Source of the DNA: a virus
Taxonomy: Duplodnaviria; Caudoviricetes
IMG/VR virus record: IMGVR_UViG_3300014656_000022
Location: 1-64,000 of that record
DNA: 64,000 nt
Reading direction: 5' to 3' (one strand)
A program made the position numbers and the translations under genes. Below are positions 30,958 through 40,525 of this stretch, piece after piece. Under the pieces are notes generated by a model. That model worked only from the letters and a program-made list of their open reading frames with translations. It had not been told where the DNA came from and searched no databases. The stretch's first letter is position 1. Every line of letters starts with the position of its first letter.

Positions 30958-33900
30958 TTGAGTATCTCATTCCCCTTATAGTTATTTAGATTACCTGGTG
31001 CCCTACGAATATTTAGATTAACAGAGGAACGACCAGATGTCATTCTTCTGATTCGTTCAGAAAAATCAGATGTATTCATGGCATAGTTTCCAGCAGTTCT
31101 GACATCTACTTGGACAGAAGGTCTCATTATCCTTGCGCTATTTTGGTGCAACATAGGAGGAGCGGTTGGTTGACCAAGAGAATGTTCTGGAGCATGTATT
31201 ATGTCGTCGGGAGTCAAATTAGACTTCTTGTTATTCATTTTGATATTAGCTTTTAAACCTGACCCTGGACCAATAGAAGAAGGTGGGCTAGAAAGTGCAG
31301 TAGCTATTGCTAGAGACCCTGCAAATCCAAATCCAATAGCCTTATGGTGTTTGATGATAGACTCTCCAAACCCTCCTAAGATATTCCTCATTGTATTATA
31401 AGCTACACTAGATTTACTCATAGACCCTTCTACTGCCTTAAAGAAGCTAGGAAGTCTCTGTTTGGTTACTGTAGCTTGACCTCTCAGTAACTTAGCTGCT
31501 TCTGATGCCCCGCTGATATCAGCTTGCTTGAGACTTCTGACTACATTTCCCCATGTCTCCCCTAGTTCCATTCCTGGGATAGTTCGTCCTACTTTTACTC
31601 CACCTAGAGCTTTTTCAATTTCCTTGTAATTCTCTAGGACTAAATCTCCTTGAAGCATCTTTTGAGCATGAGGAGCACGCTGAAAGAGGCTCTCAATGGG
31701 AGCAATTCCTTGTTCTATATCTCTATTTCTGAGGGATTGAGCTAAGTCTCCTAGTTGCTCTCTAAATCCTCCAGAAAGAACCTGCTCAGCTCTCAAGTGC
31801 TTTGCAGCTATTGGTTCTTGTTCGAGTGTATATAATAATTGTTGAGCATTAGCCAGTTCTTGGCCTTTGAGATGCTGTAGAACAGCTTGACGCGCTGCAG
31901 TAATCTCTGTAGATAAACGTGGAACGAATTCCTGAACAGTCCCTAACTTAGCGACATCAGCTAACATTTTCTCTTCTATGTTCAGAATGGTCATACCACC
32001 CTGACCCTTAGGTTTAAATATCTGAGTCCTAACCTGATTTTGAACCCACCTGGTAGTATATTCATCAGCTGTCTGTTGGGTCTGTTTGAATATCTTTTGC
32101 TCTAAATCGGGAGATACGAGCTTAACAGCTACTTGGTCTGCATCATAGTCTCCAGCCATGTTTACCATGAGGCCCAATTTGATAGCCTTATCTGATAAAC
32201 CTTGGATTCTGGCATTGACTGGAATCGAAGACACCAGTGCAACAGGCTCGTGGAGGCCAGGGATGACCTGTAGACGTGCTGGTTGAAACGAATGGGGGTG
32301 GACTATAGGGTGACGCCATCCAAGGCCTCCTACAGGCTTTCCTTGAAGAAGTTCCTCAGCCATTGTTTCAAAGCCTTTCTGAGTCCCGTACAGCTCTCTT
32401 CCTTCTTCTATTAGTTGCTTAGCTATTTCTTCAGAGATTCCAATGACATTTGATTCTCTTAGTAAGGAAGCTCCAAGAGCTTCTCCTGGCTTTCCAGCCA
32501 TTAGAAATCTGGTAGCTAGAAGCTTGTCTCCCTTACCTCCTAGGAGTCTTCCTATACCCTTTCCAGCAGGTGCAGCATGTTTGACCAGCTTAGATATAGC
32601 AGTATTGATTTCATTCCTCATCGCTACAGGAGAAGTTCCTACTACATCTGTATACATCCCCGCACCTTTTTGAGCTAAGGACGCATATATATTAGTTAGT
32701 TCACTAGCTACTATCTTCCCACCGGCAGTCTTATATGGTCGCATTCCCTCCAGATGAGTCACACTTGGAACCCAAATGTCTTTAAACTCTCCTCCTAAAC
32801 GTAGTGCTCCTCCCTCTGGACCTAGTCCTTCCATCCAGGCCTTGAATCCAGCTCTTCTGTAGCCTATACCCTTTACATCGAATGAGGATAAGCCAGTAGG
32901 GACTTCTCCTGTTTGAAAGGACCTCAGAGATTGCATCAGAGATTGGTGTATTGCTAGGCGCTGAGGATTTGTTTGTGCCCCCGTTAGAAGAAGGTCCTTT
33001 GCAAGCTCTTCTCCTAGTTGGCCAAAACCTCCTCCTGCAAGCATTTCATATGCCCGGGGTTCAATAGAAGCCAACTTCCCTGAACCTAGAAGCTCTTTTG
33101 TCCTTCCATAGAATGGTTGAGCCATACCAATAGGTATCCCTGTTTCCATACCTGTAACAAGAGTACTGGGAAGTCTCGTTCTTCTTAGGAGAGTTTCATA
33201 TTCTTTACCTTCTAAAGCTTCTGGAACAGCACCAAATATCTTTCCAAATTCGGCTGGAGAAGGTTCAGCAGATCTAGTCATAGCCATTAGCTGTGTAATG
33301 AGATTAACATGACGCAGTGGCCCCTCTCCTGCAGCTCTCTCGAATAAGCGCATAGTGTGAACTGGACGCTTCCAGAACATTTCTTGAGCTGGAGTGAGAT
33401 TCATTTGTTTACTCAAGAAGTTCTCTAGAGCAGTCATCATTTGCTTGTTATGTAACCCTCTGTTTTTCTTGAGAGTGTCCATATCAGCAACTATTCTAAT
33501 ACCCCGTTCTATTGCTTCGTCTTTCCATTCTGGAATAGTCGCCAATCCACTTTCTATTGCCCCTTGAGGAACAAAATGAAATCCAGCTCTTAGGTCTCCA
33601 AAGAACTTCTCAAATGCTGTCATCTCATGTCTTCTGCGGACAGAGAGTGTGGCAAACTCTCCCTTACCCTTATCCCAAAAAGGAGTTACTCCCAAGATTT
33701 CTTCTTTAAGCGGATCTGGCACATTATATGGAACCCCCTTGGTAGTCATTCCTAAAAAGGTTCCTGGAGTTAATTTATTCCCTTCTTGAAGCTGTTTGAG
33801 AGCTTCCATATTTGCTGTAGCTAAATGAATAGATGCAGTACTCTGCTGTCCTAGAGCTGCTGTTACATTCTTACTTGCAAGAACTGCTCCATCTCCGATT

Positions 33901-35393
33901 CCCATTCTCTCCATTTGCATGGCATACTTCTTTTCGCTTATGTAGGCTGTCCTCAAGTGAGGAGGCATAGCTTCTTTAGTCCAATGAGCTTCTCTTTCCA
34001 TCCCCGTAGGAAGATGTCTAGAATAGAATGCAGCTCTATGTTCTCCCGGAATAAATTTCTCAGACCAAGCATATTTCTTAGCTGCTTCAGCAGCTTCAGG
34101 AGTTAACCCCCATTCTCGTAAGCTCTGCTCTACACGTCTGCTTACATCTGCTGCTCCTGGAGTTGGCTGCCATCTTCTCATTTGGACTTCTGGGCCCATG
34201 ACTATACCTTTAGCTATATCTACAGGAGAAGTCCCTGGTTGTAGACCACCAACTCTCATTGCTTCTAGAAGCTCTTCTCCTACAGCAGGTTCATGTCCGG
34301 GTTTGTAAACAAATTTCCCCAATTGGGGAGCTACACTTCGTTTCATAACAACCTGAACTGCTCCTCCACGAGTCTTCTGATAACTTGCAAGAACTGGATC
34401 ATAGATGTTAGCTGGAAGGTTAGGCATAGTTTCCAGTTTATGAAGCCATTCTGTACGAAGAGAACTAATAGCTTGTTGTAAATCCATTCCTCTGAGTCTT
34501 CCACTCTTCATTGCAGGAACTATTTGTTCAGCGAATTCACGCATGACAAATTCGTGTCTAGTCATCGTGGACAGAGAACGTGCTTCTGGGTCCCAGATAG
34601 CCATAGCAGGAGAAATGTACTTAGTACGAAGAGTCTTACCCTCTAAGAAAACTCCTTCAGATGTAAGAGGAAGCATTAAGCTAGCTCCCTCTTGAGCCCA
34701 GTTGAACTTGAGAACTTTATGTCCGGGGAAATCGGGACGTGTATACTCCATTACTGTTCCAGTCTTACCTAACTCATTAGCTATATTGTCATATACGGTT
34801 CTAATTTCAGAAGGGAGAGCTTCTGTCCCCAGAGGAAGAGCTTCTGTCCCCAGGAGAGTCCCAGACCATCTTCTCTTTTGAAATGGAGTTAGGACTGGCA
34901 CCTGTCCTGCAATTCCAAAATGTTTGGTAGATGCAGCTACATTACTCTGAAAATGTCTGAGTACCTTCTGAACTCCAAAAGATTGTCCATGAACATGAAG
35001 AGCTTTTTGGAGAGATCCTTCTATATCTGCACCGGCAGATCTCATCTTCTGAGTTACAGAGGCTAACTTCTTGGCAGTAATAGGATCAGCAAATCTTATT
35101 GCCTGGTCCCATGCTCCTTGAACGAGCTTAGGAATCTCCCCGGAAGGAACTCTTTCTTGTGTCAGAGATGTACTGAGGCCCCTTATATAATCTAGATGTC
35201 CTTGAATCGGAAGATCTGGAACAGCTGTGATTCCAGCTTGTCTTGCAGCTATAGCTATAGGGTTCTCAGCAACAGCAGATACACCAGTAAATGGTCTGGA
35301 CTTAGCAAACTTATATCCTGCATATGCAGTAGTTCCTGCTATAGGTGCTCCTATAATAGCAGCTGATAGAAAACTATTATTTTTCTCTGCCAT
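30954..35393 (-). CDS. Putative single-chain two-barrel RNA polymerase, virion-associated, with hydrophobic termini (1479 aa)
   Basis: beta'-like GWRHPIVHPHSFQ (R1027) and MVNMAGDYDADQVAV (D1082/D1084/D1086, nt 32136..32150); beta-like GIGDGAVLASKNV (D501), ATLSVRRRHEMTAFEKFFGDLRAG (K596/R602), GIRIVADMDTLKKNRG. Motif alignment by eye. Confidence 0.72.
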   Translation of the reverse strand: MAEKNNSFLSAAIIGAPIAGTTAYAGYKFAKSRPFTGVSAVAENPIAIAARQAGITAVPDLPIQGHLDYIRGLSTSLTQERVPSGEIPKLVQGAWDQAIRFADPITAKKLASVTQKMRSAGADIEGSLQKALHVHGQSFGVQKVLRHFQSNVAASTKHFGIAGQVPVLTPFQKRRWSGTLLGTEALPLGTEALPSEIRTVYDNIANELGKTGTVMEYTRPDFPGHKVLKFNWAQEGASLMLPLTSEGVFLEGKTLRTKYISPAMAIWDPEARSLSTMTRHEFVMREFAEQIVPAMKSGRLRGMDLQQAISSLRTEWLHKLETMPNLPANIYDPVLASYQKTRGGAVQVVMKRSVAPQLGKFVYKPGHEPAVGEELLEAMRVGGLQPGTSPVDIAKGIVMGPEVQMRRWQPTPGAADVSRRVEQSLREWGLTPEAAEAAKKYAWSEKFIPGEHRAAFYSRHLPTGMEREAHWTKEAMPPHLRTAYISEKKYAMQMERMGIGDGAVLASKNVTAALGQQSTASIHLATANMEALKQLQEGNKLTPGTFLGMTTKGVPYNVPDPLKEEILGVTPFWDKGKGEFATLSVRRRHEMTAFEKFFGDLRAGFHFVPQGAIESGLATIPEWKDEAIERGIRIVADMDTLKKNRGLHNKQMMTALENFLSKQMNLTPAQEMFWKRPVHTMRLFERAAGEGPLRHVNLITQLMAMTRSAEPSPAEFGKIFGAVPEALEGKEYETLLRRTRLPSTLVTGMETGIPIGMAQPFYGRTKELLGSGKLASIEPRAYEMLAGGGFGQLGEELAKDLLLTGAQTNPQRLAIHQSLMQSLRSFQTGEVPTGLSSFDVKGIGYRRAGFKAWMEGLGPEGGALRLGGEFKDIWVPSVTHLEGMRPYKTAGGKIVASELTNIYASLAQKGAGMYTDVVGTSPVAMRNEINTAISKLVKHAAPAGKGIGRLLGGKGDKLLATRFLMAGKPGEALGASLLRESNVIGISEEIAKQLIEEGRELYGTQKGFETMAEELLQGKPVGGLGWRHPIVHPHSFQPARLQVIPGLHEPVALVSSIPVNARIQGLSDKAIKLGLMVNMAGDYDADQVAVKLVSPDLEQKIFKQTQQTADEYTTRWVQNQVRTQIFKPKGQGGMTILNIEEKMLADVAKLGTVQEFVPRLSTEITAARQAVLQHLKGQELANAQQLLYTLEQEPIAAKHLRAEQVLSGGFREQLGDLAQSLRNRDIEQGIAPIESLFQRAPHAQKMLQGDLVLENYKEIEKALGGVKVGRTIPGMELGETWGNVVRSLKQADISGASEAAKLLRGQATVTKQRLPSFFKAVEGSMSKSSVAYNTMRNILGGFGESIIKHHKAIGFGFAGSLAIATALSSPPSSIGPGSGLKANIKMNNKKSNLTPDDIIHAPEHSLGQPTAPPMLHQNSARIMRPSVQVDVRTAGNYAMNTSDFSERIRRMTSGRSSVNLNIRRAPGNLNNYKGNEILK
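34813..34854. repeat. 21-bp tandem duplication (LGTEALP x2)
   Basis: gggagagcttctgtccccaga / ggaagagcttctgtccccagg, 19 of 21 identical, in frame. Confidence 0.9.
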
Positions 35394-38300
35394 AATCTTC
35401 CTGATGATCTATATTAACTACTAGACCACCATTTCCCCATGTGGTCCGTGTAAAGATAGATGCTTTCATTTGATTAGCCATAAGTAACTCATCTATTCTA
35501 CTTCTCATTTCATCTGCTGATAAGTCTGGAGGGTTTAATACTTCTTCTACAGCTTCTTCGTTAATATAAGGCTTGTTCATGAGAGTTTGAGCTTGAGAAG
35601 GCCATAGATTATAATCATGTTGGTCCTCTCCAAGACTTTGAACTACTTTGAGCTTTAAATCTTCGAGATCAACAGATGGATGCCAACCAACAAAGTCCAT
35701 TCCTGGAAGAGGTATATTTGGTAGAATCTTTGTCCTTCTATACCAATCTCCATACTTTTCGTCAGACAATCTGGTTTCTATGAACTCCCCCATTTCCTTC
35801 TTGGATGAAGGGTATCCTTCTACTTTAGCTTCAGAGTATATCTGCTCTACATATTCGCTTGCTTCACTAAGCTGGTCTTCCGTTAATAAATTAGCTTTCT
35901 CTGCTCTTCTTACGTCATCTGCAAAGGCTAATTGCCATCTAGCTATGTATAGTGCTTTCTCGTTCTCTGGGACCATTTGAAGGATACGAGCCCTTTCTTC
36001 TCCTGATTCAGCTTCTGCGAAAGCATTAAAGTAATCTCTTTCCCGCCGTGGGAGAGATCTAAAGATAGAACTATAGTTCCTCGTATATGGATTGATCCCA
36101 AATAGAGTTTCATCCTTCTTAGATTCAAATTCTTTTGTAGCTTTTGTATCTTCTGCCAGACGGGCAATATTAGCTAGGCGTGAGTATTTGACATATTTGA
36201 GAACATCAAAATACTCCTCTAATTCTCTCCTACTTTGAATGTGTCCAGGAACTCCTTTGAATCCAAGAGATGCAGCAGTTAGATAAGCAGATGGTCTAAC
36301 GAAGTGAGTGTATGGATGTTGCCAGAATGCACTTTGTGTCCCATATAATTGCTCTCTTTCATAGCTTTCAATAGCTGTTCTCTCATGAACTAACTTTGCA
36401 CCAGGAGAAACAGGAGTCATCTGATCCAACGCTGTCTCTGCATTGTGAGACAACAGTTCCCAGTATCCTCCAAATAGCTTTTTAAAGAGTCCTGGTTCTT
36501 CTACTCCAGCTTTCTTTATTTCATTGAGCTGGGTAAGAAGACTGCTTGATTCCTCGCTAGATCTTTTAATTCCCCCCGTTGGGGAAAGATATTGGTATTC
36601 TCTAAATTCCTTTCTCTGTTTCTTAGCCTTTATCTGTTCTAGGGTCTGTTGAAAGAGATTCTCTTCATAATCTGTCCAGTCTCTTCTCTTTCTAGCAGCT
36701 CTAACCATAGATAGGTGTTTTCCATACTTTTCACTATATGGAGCTACATCAGCTAGGATTTTCCAACGATGAATTAATGGATATTTGCTTGGTTCAATCC
36801 CCTCTAACTCTGGATAACGTGCCTCATATCCGACTCCTGGAAGCCTTAACTCACCTTCGGGGACCTTGGCCCAAGGATCTCCTGTTCTAAAGTCAGGCGA
36901 CTTATCTCCAGCTCCTGGAAGCCATTCTGCGGCCATATTAGGAATTGGGTTATATAAAGGAATTTGGCGACGACGGTGGGGGAAGAAACGTCTCCAAGCT
37001 TCTGTCGCACCAAGGCCACCACCTATCTCTAGGTCCCAATACTCTCTTTCATATCCTGCAATTCTACGCGCACTCTCTAATTGCATTTCTTGGTCAAACA
37101 AGTCAGGGGTGCCAGTTAGAGCTTCTTTAATAGAAGTTGCAGTAAAGCCAAAAAGTCCTGCCATTTCTGTCATTCGATATACCTGTTCTCCAATAGTTCC
37201 CTTAATTCCAAATGGAGTAACAGGAGGAGGACCTGGTTGTTCTCCTATTTCTGTAGCAATACGTTGTCCATATCTGGGAGATGGGGCTATTACTCCGCCT
37301 TCCGTTCTCCAATCTTCTTCGTGCATATACACAGGAGGTTTGATTACTCTACCAAGAGTATTGGCTAAGATAGGTCCAATGAGCGGTACGTCTTCAAATG
37401 GCGAGCTGGAAACTGGATATGGCCGATCTTGATAGTGTCTCTGTTCTAATTCATAGGTAAATTCTTTCTTCCAGAATTTTTCTAGAGGCGAAATAGTTCC
37501 TTCTTCTCGTCCCCAGATACCTTTCTCTCTGGCCCTCATGAGCATTCTGGGAAACCAATGTGGACGAAAATAAGTTTCATTACTGTTGTGAAGCGTAAAA
37601 CCTGGACTAAGAAAGCTTTCATCTTCCTCTACCTGAAAGTCATAAACAATGCCTTCATAATGTTCTTGAAAGATAGAATGTATTGAAATTGCAAATCCAC
37701 CATCTACTTCAGTATATCCATACTGTCGCTCTGGCAGTTTGGTTATTTCTCCAACTTTCAGTAACTTAAGTGGTATTACCTGATTAAGTAAGTAAGTACT
37801 TGTCTTTGGTATTCTAAGCTCTTGGACTAAATACCCTTTTTGGGTTTTAGTTATTTTTCCAAGAGCAGCAAATATGTGCAACCTTGATAATAAAAGTTGC
37901 ATCTGTCTCAGTAGAGGACAAGGATGCATCCCTATTCGAATTGCATTATCTCTAATAGATCCATCCCCTTTAATAACACCTTCCAGGAAACCAAGGATAA
38001 ATCCGTTCGGAGCATCAAAAATTTCTGGATTTAGACGTTTTGTACCTTCTTTTGCTAAACCGGGTACAAGCCACTTTATTAGTTTTGCTACCAAAGAGCT
38101 ATACAGTATAACTTCAATACCATTCTTACTAGTAGAATGTGTGTAGATTTTGAGACCAAATAGTCTCTTTGCTAAATCTTGTAAAGTATCGACATATTCT
38201 TTTTCTTCCCGATGTAATGCAAATGTGATTCGTCTACTAGTTACACTTCCTTCAGCAGCATAAAATCCACAAAATAAACCAAGGGAATAGTCCAGTGACA

Positions 38301-40524
38301 ATATAGGCAAAAGATTATCTGGGACAAGTCTTTTACGAAATAAAAGCCCTTGTTTTTTATGCTTACGAATATCTGCTAGCCTATATCTAATTTGTGAATA
38401 CGTCAGATTATATTTTTCTTGTAAATATAACAGTTTCTCTTTTCTAGATTTGCTTTTAGGGGAAAACTGACCCCACTCTAGAATCTCTAAATCAGCTTCT
38501 AGACCTTTGCAGTCCTTAAAAGGCCTAAACCATCTACCATTTAAAAACGTAAAACCAGAAATACGTTCTAGATCGACTGTCTTAGTAATCTCACGAGGAG
38601 AATAATATGGCATAAATAGTCTGTATCTTCCATCTTTCTTTATAGACGAGCTTGGCATCCACATTTTTTGTGGCTTGGTTTTGTCTAGCTTAAAATAATA
38701 TGGACAATAGACAACTAGTAACTGATGGTTTCCGGTAATACTTGTTAATGCTTCCTGTCCATAACTTGTACTAAATTTGTAAACTTGTTCGTTTACTTCT
38801 CTAGTAAAAACCTTAAGAACACGGACAGATCTCCCCTTCTTGTTTAAGAGTTTATGTCCAGGTCGTATTAATTCAGCGTTTTCCAAAGTGCCATCTGATA
38901 ATATTAAACAAGCCTGTTTTGTTAGACATCCTTCAAACGCAGATCGTCCCGCTTCCCACCATCTACCACGCCTAACAGCAATTTCTTGCCTACCTGAATA
39001 AATATCTTCCAATTCTTCTGGACTCTTCTCAGGTATTAATGCGCCTGGTAGAAATGGGGCAACTAGAGCTAATCCTGCTAGTGCTCCCCCAATTGCAGCT
39101 AGCTTAGTTGGGCCTAATTTCCACCCCAATTTTCTAAAAGCTAATTGCTCTCCTCCTTCAACTATTGGCTCAAATAATCTTCTCCAAGCTTTTCCTAGAG
39201 TATCAGAACGATAGTAGAGACTCTCTGGACCTGCTAGAGCCATCTTTCTCATAGTCCTGGAAGCTATATTCTTTCCAGTTCCAAATTCTCTTGCAGATAG
39301 CTCAGCTACTGTTAGGGCTTCATGGGCTGACATACCTCTAGCCTGAAGAGTTGTCATCTGTACGAGCTTGGCTCCATATGCAATTCCTCCAGCTCCAAGG
39401 GCTCCCATTAGAGGAAAAGCTAGCAGCTTTTGAAGAGAAGTACTACCTGGAGCTACTTCTTCTTGAAACTCTCTATATCTCTGTAGACCTGATATTTGAG
39501 CTATACGTGAAGCAGCTATATTAGCTTTCACTCCAGCTGTAGCTATTCCAGCAGTAATCCCCTCATCCAGAATAGTGCCAGAGAGAGTGTCAGACCTTCT
39601 TACGGCCCAATCCAACATCTGGTAGCCCATATAAGCAGCAGGTAAGGCAATGCCAAACTTGCCCACCATTCGGGCAAACATTTCTCCACCAGTGCCAGAT
39701 TTAACAGCTAATTTAGGAAGGTACTTTGCTCCCGGAAGGCCCTCTATAAGTCCATAGGGCATTTCCAGTAGACGGTTGAAACGACCTACAAGCTCAGTTC
39801 CTAAGGCTCCAGCCCATCTACCTGTATAACCTAACCTCGTCTGAGCACCAATAATCTGAGAAGGTAATCCTTCGATGAGAGGATTTAGAATATTGGGCTT
39901 ATCGAAGAAAGGTTGTCTAAAGGTAAAGATATGCTGTGGAGAAGGAATTTTGGCTCCTAATCCTACTGTCCACCCAGCTCCTACCCATGAACTGGTAGTT
40001 AAGGATTTGCCTAAGGGGTCCCATACAGAAAGAGGAGTTCTGATAGCACTAGCATAACGTAGAGCTACTTCTTCTCCCTGGCCCCAAAAGAGTCTTCCTC
40101 CTCTTAGGGTAACTCCTTCTCTTTGTAGTCTAGCTTTACTAAGTAAATCTAAAGAATGAATATAATCTGTAAGATGGACATTCTTCCTAAACATAGAGGG
40201 AGAAACGTGAGTCCCTCTTTGAACTGCACTTTCAAACTGAGAAAAGAAGTTTGAAAGCTGAAAGGTTCTAAGAACGCCTCCTGGAGAATAAGATTCTATT
40301 CCTCTGAGACTAGCTACATACTTATCCCAGACTCTCCCACTCTTCGTAGGAATCCATCCAGCGGCTAGAACTCCTCCTGTAATCAGTCCAGCTGTGAGAA
40401 TATTGTTTGTAGATTCTTCGTAAAAGTTACGAGGCTGTCCTGTTAGGTATGATTGCTGAGTTTGAGTAGAAAGGGAAGGAGAATAGTAGCTCCTTAATTG
40501 ATTAGAAGATAGAAAAGTAGGCAT
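35377..40524 (-). CDS. Tape-measure/ejection-type protein containing an intein (1715 aa; 1267 aa after splicing)
   Basis: Follows tail chaperones; several Ala/Gly-rich hydrophobic segments in N-third; helical C-terminus; intein at aa 533-980. Confidence 0.7.
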   Translation of the reverse strand: MPTFLSSNQLRSYYSPSLSTQTQQSYLTGQPRNFYEESTNNILTAGLITGGVLAAGWIPTKSGRVWDKYVASLRGIESYSPGGVLRTFQLSNFFSQFESAVQRGTHVSPSMFRKNVHLTDYIHSLDLLSKARLQREGVTLRGGRLFWGQGEEVALRYASAIRTPLSVWDPLGKSLTTSSWVGAGWTVGLGAKIPSPQHIFTFRQPFFDKPNILNPLIEGLPSQIIGAQTRLGYTGRWAGALGTELVGRFNRLLEMPYGLIEGLPGAKYLPKLAVKSGTGGEMFARMVGKFGIALPAAYMGYQMLDWAVRRSDTLSGTILDEGITAGIATAGVKANIAASRIAQISGLQRYREFQEEVAPGSTSLQKLLAFPLMGALGAGGIAYGAKLVQMTTLQARGMSAHEALTVAELSAREFGTGKNIASRTMRKMALAGPESLYYRSDTLGKAWRRLFEPIVEGGEQLAFRKLGWKLGPTKLAAIGGALAGLALVAPFLPGALIPEKSPEELEDIYSGRQEIAVRRGRWWEAGRSAFEGCLTKQACLILSDGTLENAELIRPGHKLLNKKGRSVRVLKVFTREVNEQVYKFSTSYGQEALTSITGNHQLLVVYCPYYFKLDKTKPQKMWMPSSSIKKDGRYRLFMPYYSPREITKTVDLERISGFTFLNGRWFRPFKDCKGLEADLEILEWGQFSPKSKSRKEKLLYLQEKYNLTYSQIRYRLADIRKHKKQGLLFRKRLVPDNLLPILSLDYSLGLFCGFYAAEGSVTSRRITFALHREEKEYVDTLQDLAKRLFGLKIYTHSTSKNGIEVILYSSLVAKLIKWLVPGLAKEGTKRLNPEIFDAPNGFILGFLEGVIKGDGSIRDNAIRIGMHPCPLLRQMQLLLSRLHIFAALGKITKTQKGYLVQELRIPKTSTYLLNQVIPLKLLKVGEITKLPERQYGYTEVDGGFAISIHSIFQEHYEGIVYDFQVEEDESFLSPGFTLHNSNETYFRPHWFPRMLMRAREKGIWGREEGTISPLEKFWKKEFTYELEQRHYQDRPYPVSSSPFEDVPLIGPILANTLGRVIKPPVYMHEEDWRTEGGVIAPSPRYGQRIATEIGEQPGPPPVTPFGIKGTIGEQVYRMTEMAGLFGFTATSIKEALTGTPDLFDQEMQLESARRIAGYEREYWDLEIGGGLGATEAWRRFFPHRRRQIPLYNPIPNMAAEWLPGAGDKSPDFRTGDPWAKVPEGELRLPGVGYEARYPELEGIEPSKYPLIHRWKILADVAPYSEKYGKHLSMVRAARKRRDWTDYEENLFQQTLEQIKAKKQRKEFREYQYLSPTGGIKRSSEESSSLLTQLNEIKKAGVEEPGLFKKLFGGYWELLSHNAETALDQMTPVSPGAKLVHERTAIESYEREQLYGTQSAFWQHPYTHFVRPSAYLTAASLGFKGVPGHIQSRRELEEYFDVLKYVKYSRLANIARLAEDTKATKEFESKKDETLFGINPYTRNYSSIFRSLPRRERDYFNAFAEAESGEERARILQMVPENEKALYIARWQLAFADDVRRAEKANLLTEDQLSEASEYVEQIYSEAKVEGYPSSKKEMGEFIETRLSDEKYGDWYRRTKILPNIPLPGMDFVGWHPSVDLEDLKLKVVQSLGEDQHDYNLWPSQAQTLMNKPYINEEAVEEVLNPPDLSADEMRSRIDELLMANQMKASIFTRTTWGNGGLVVNIDHQEDYGREK
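37585..38928 (-). mobile_element. Intein with LAGLIDADG homing endonuclease (448 aa)
   Basis: AFEG|CLTKQA...GNHQLL...VYDFQVEEDESFLSPGFTLHN|S; LAGLIDADG helices GFYAAEG and GVIKGDG. Confidence 0.95.
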
Positions 40525-40525
40525 A

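Noticed and set aside
36866-37432. Plus-strand ORFs (e.g. 36866..37432, 29903..30358, 60058..60543, 61504..61911)
   Set aside because: Antisense shadows of long minus-strand genes, with no SD or recognisable motifs.
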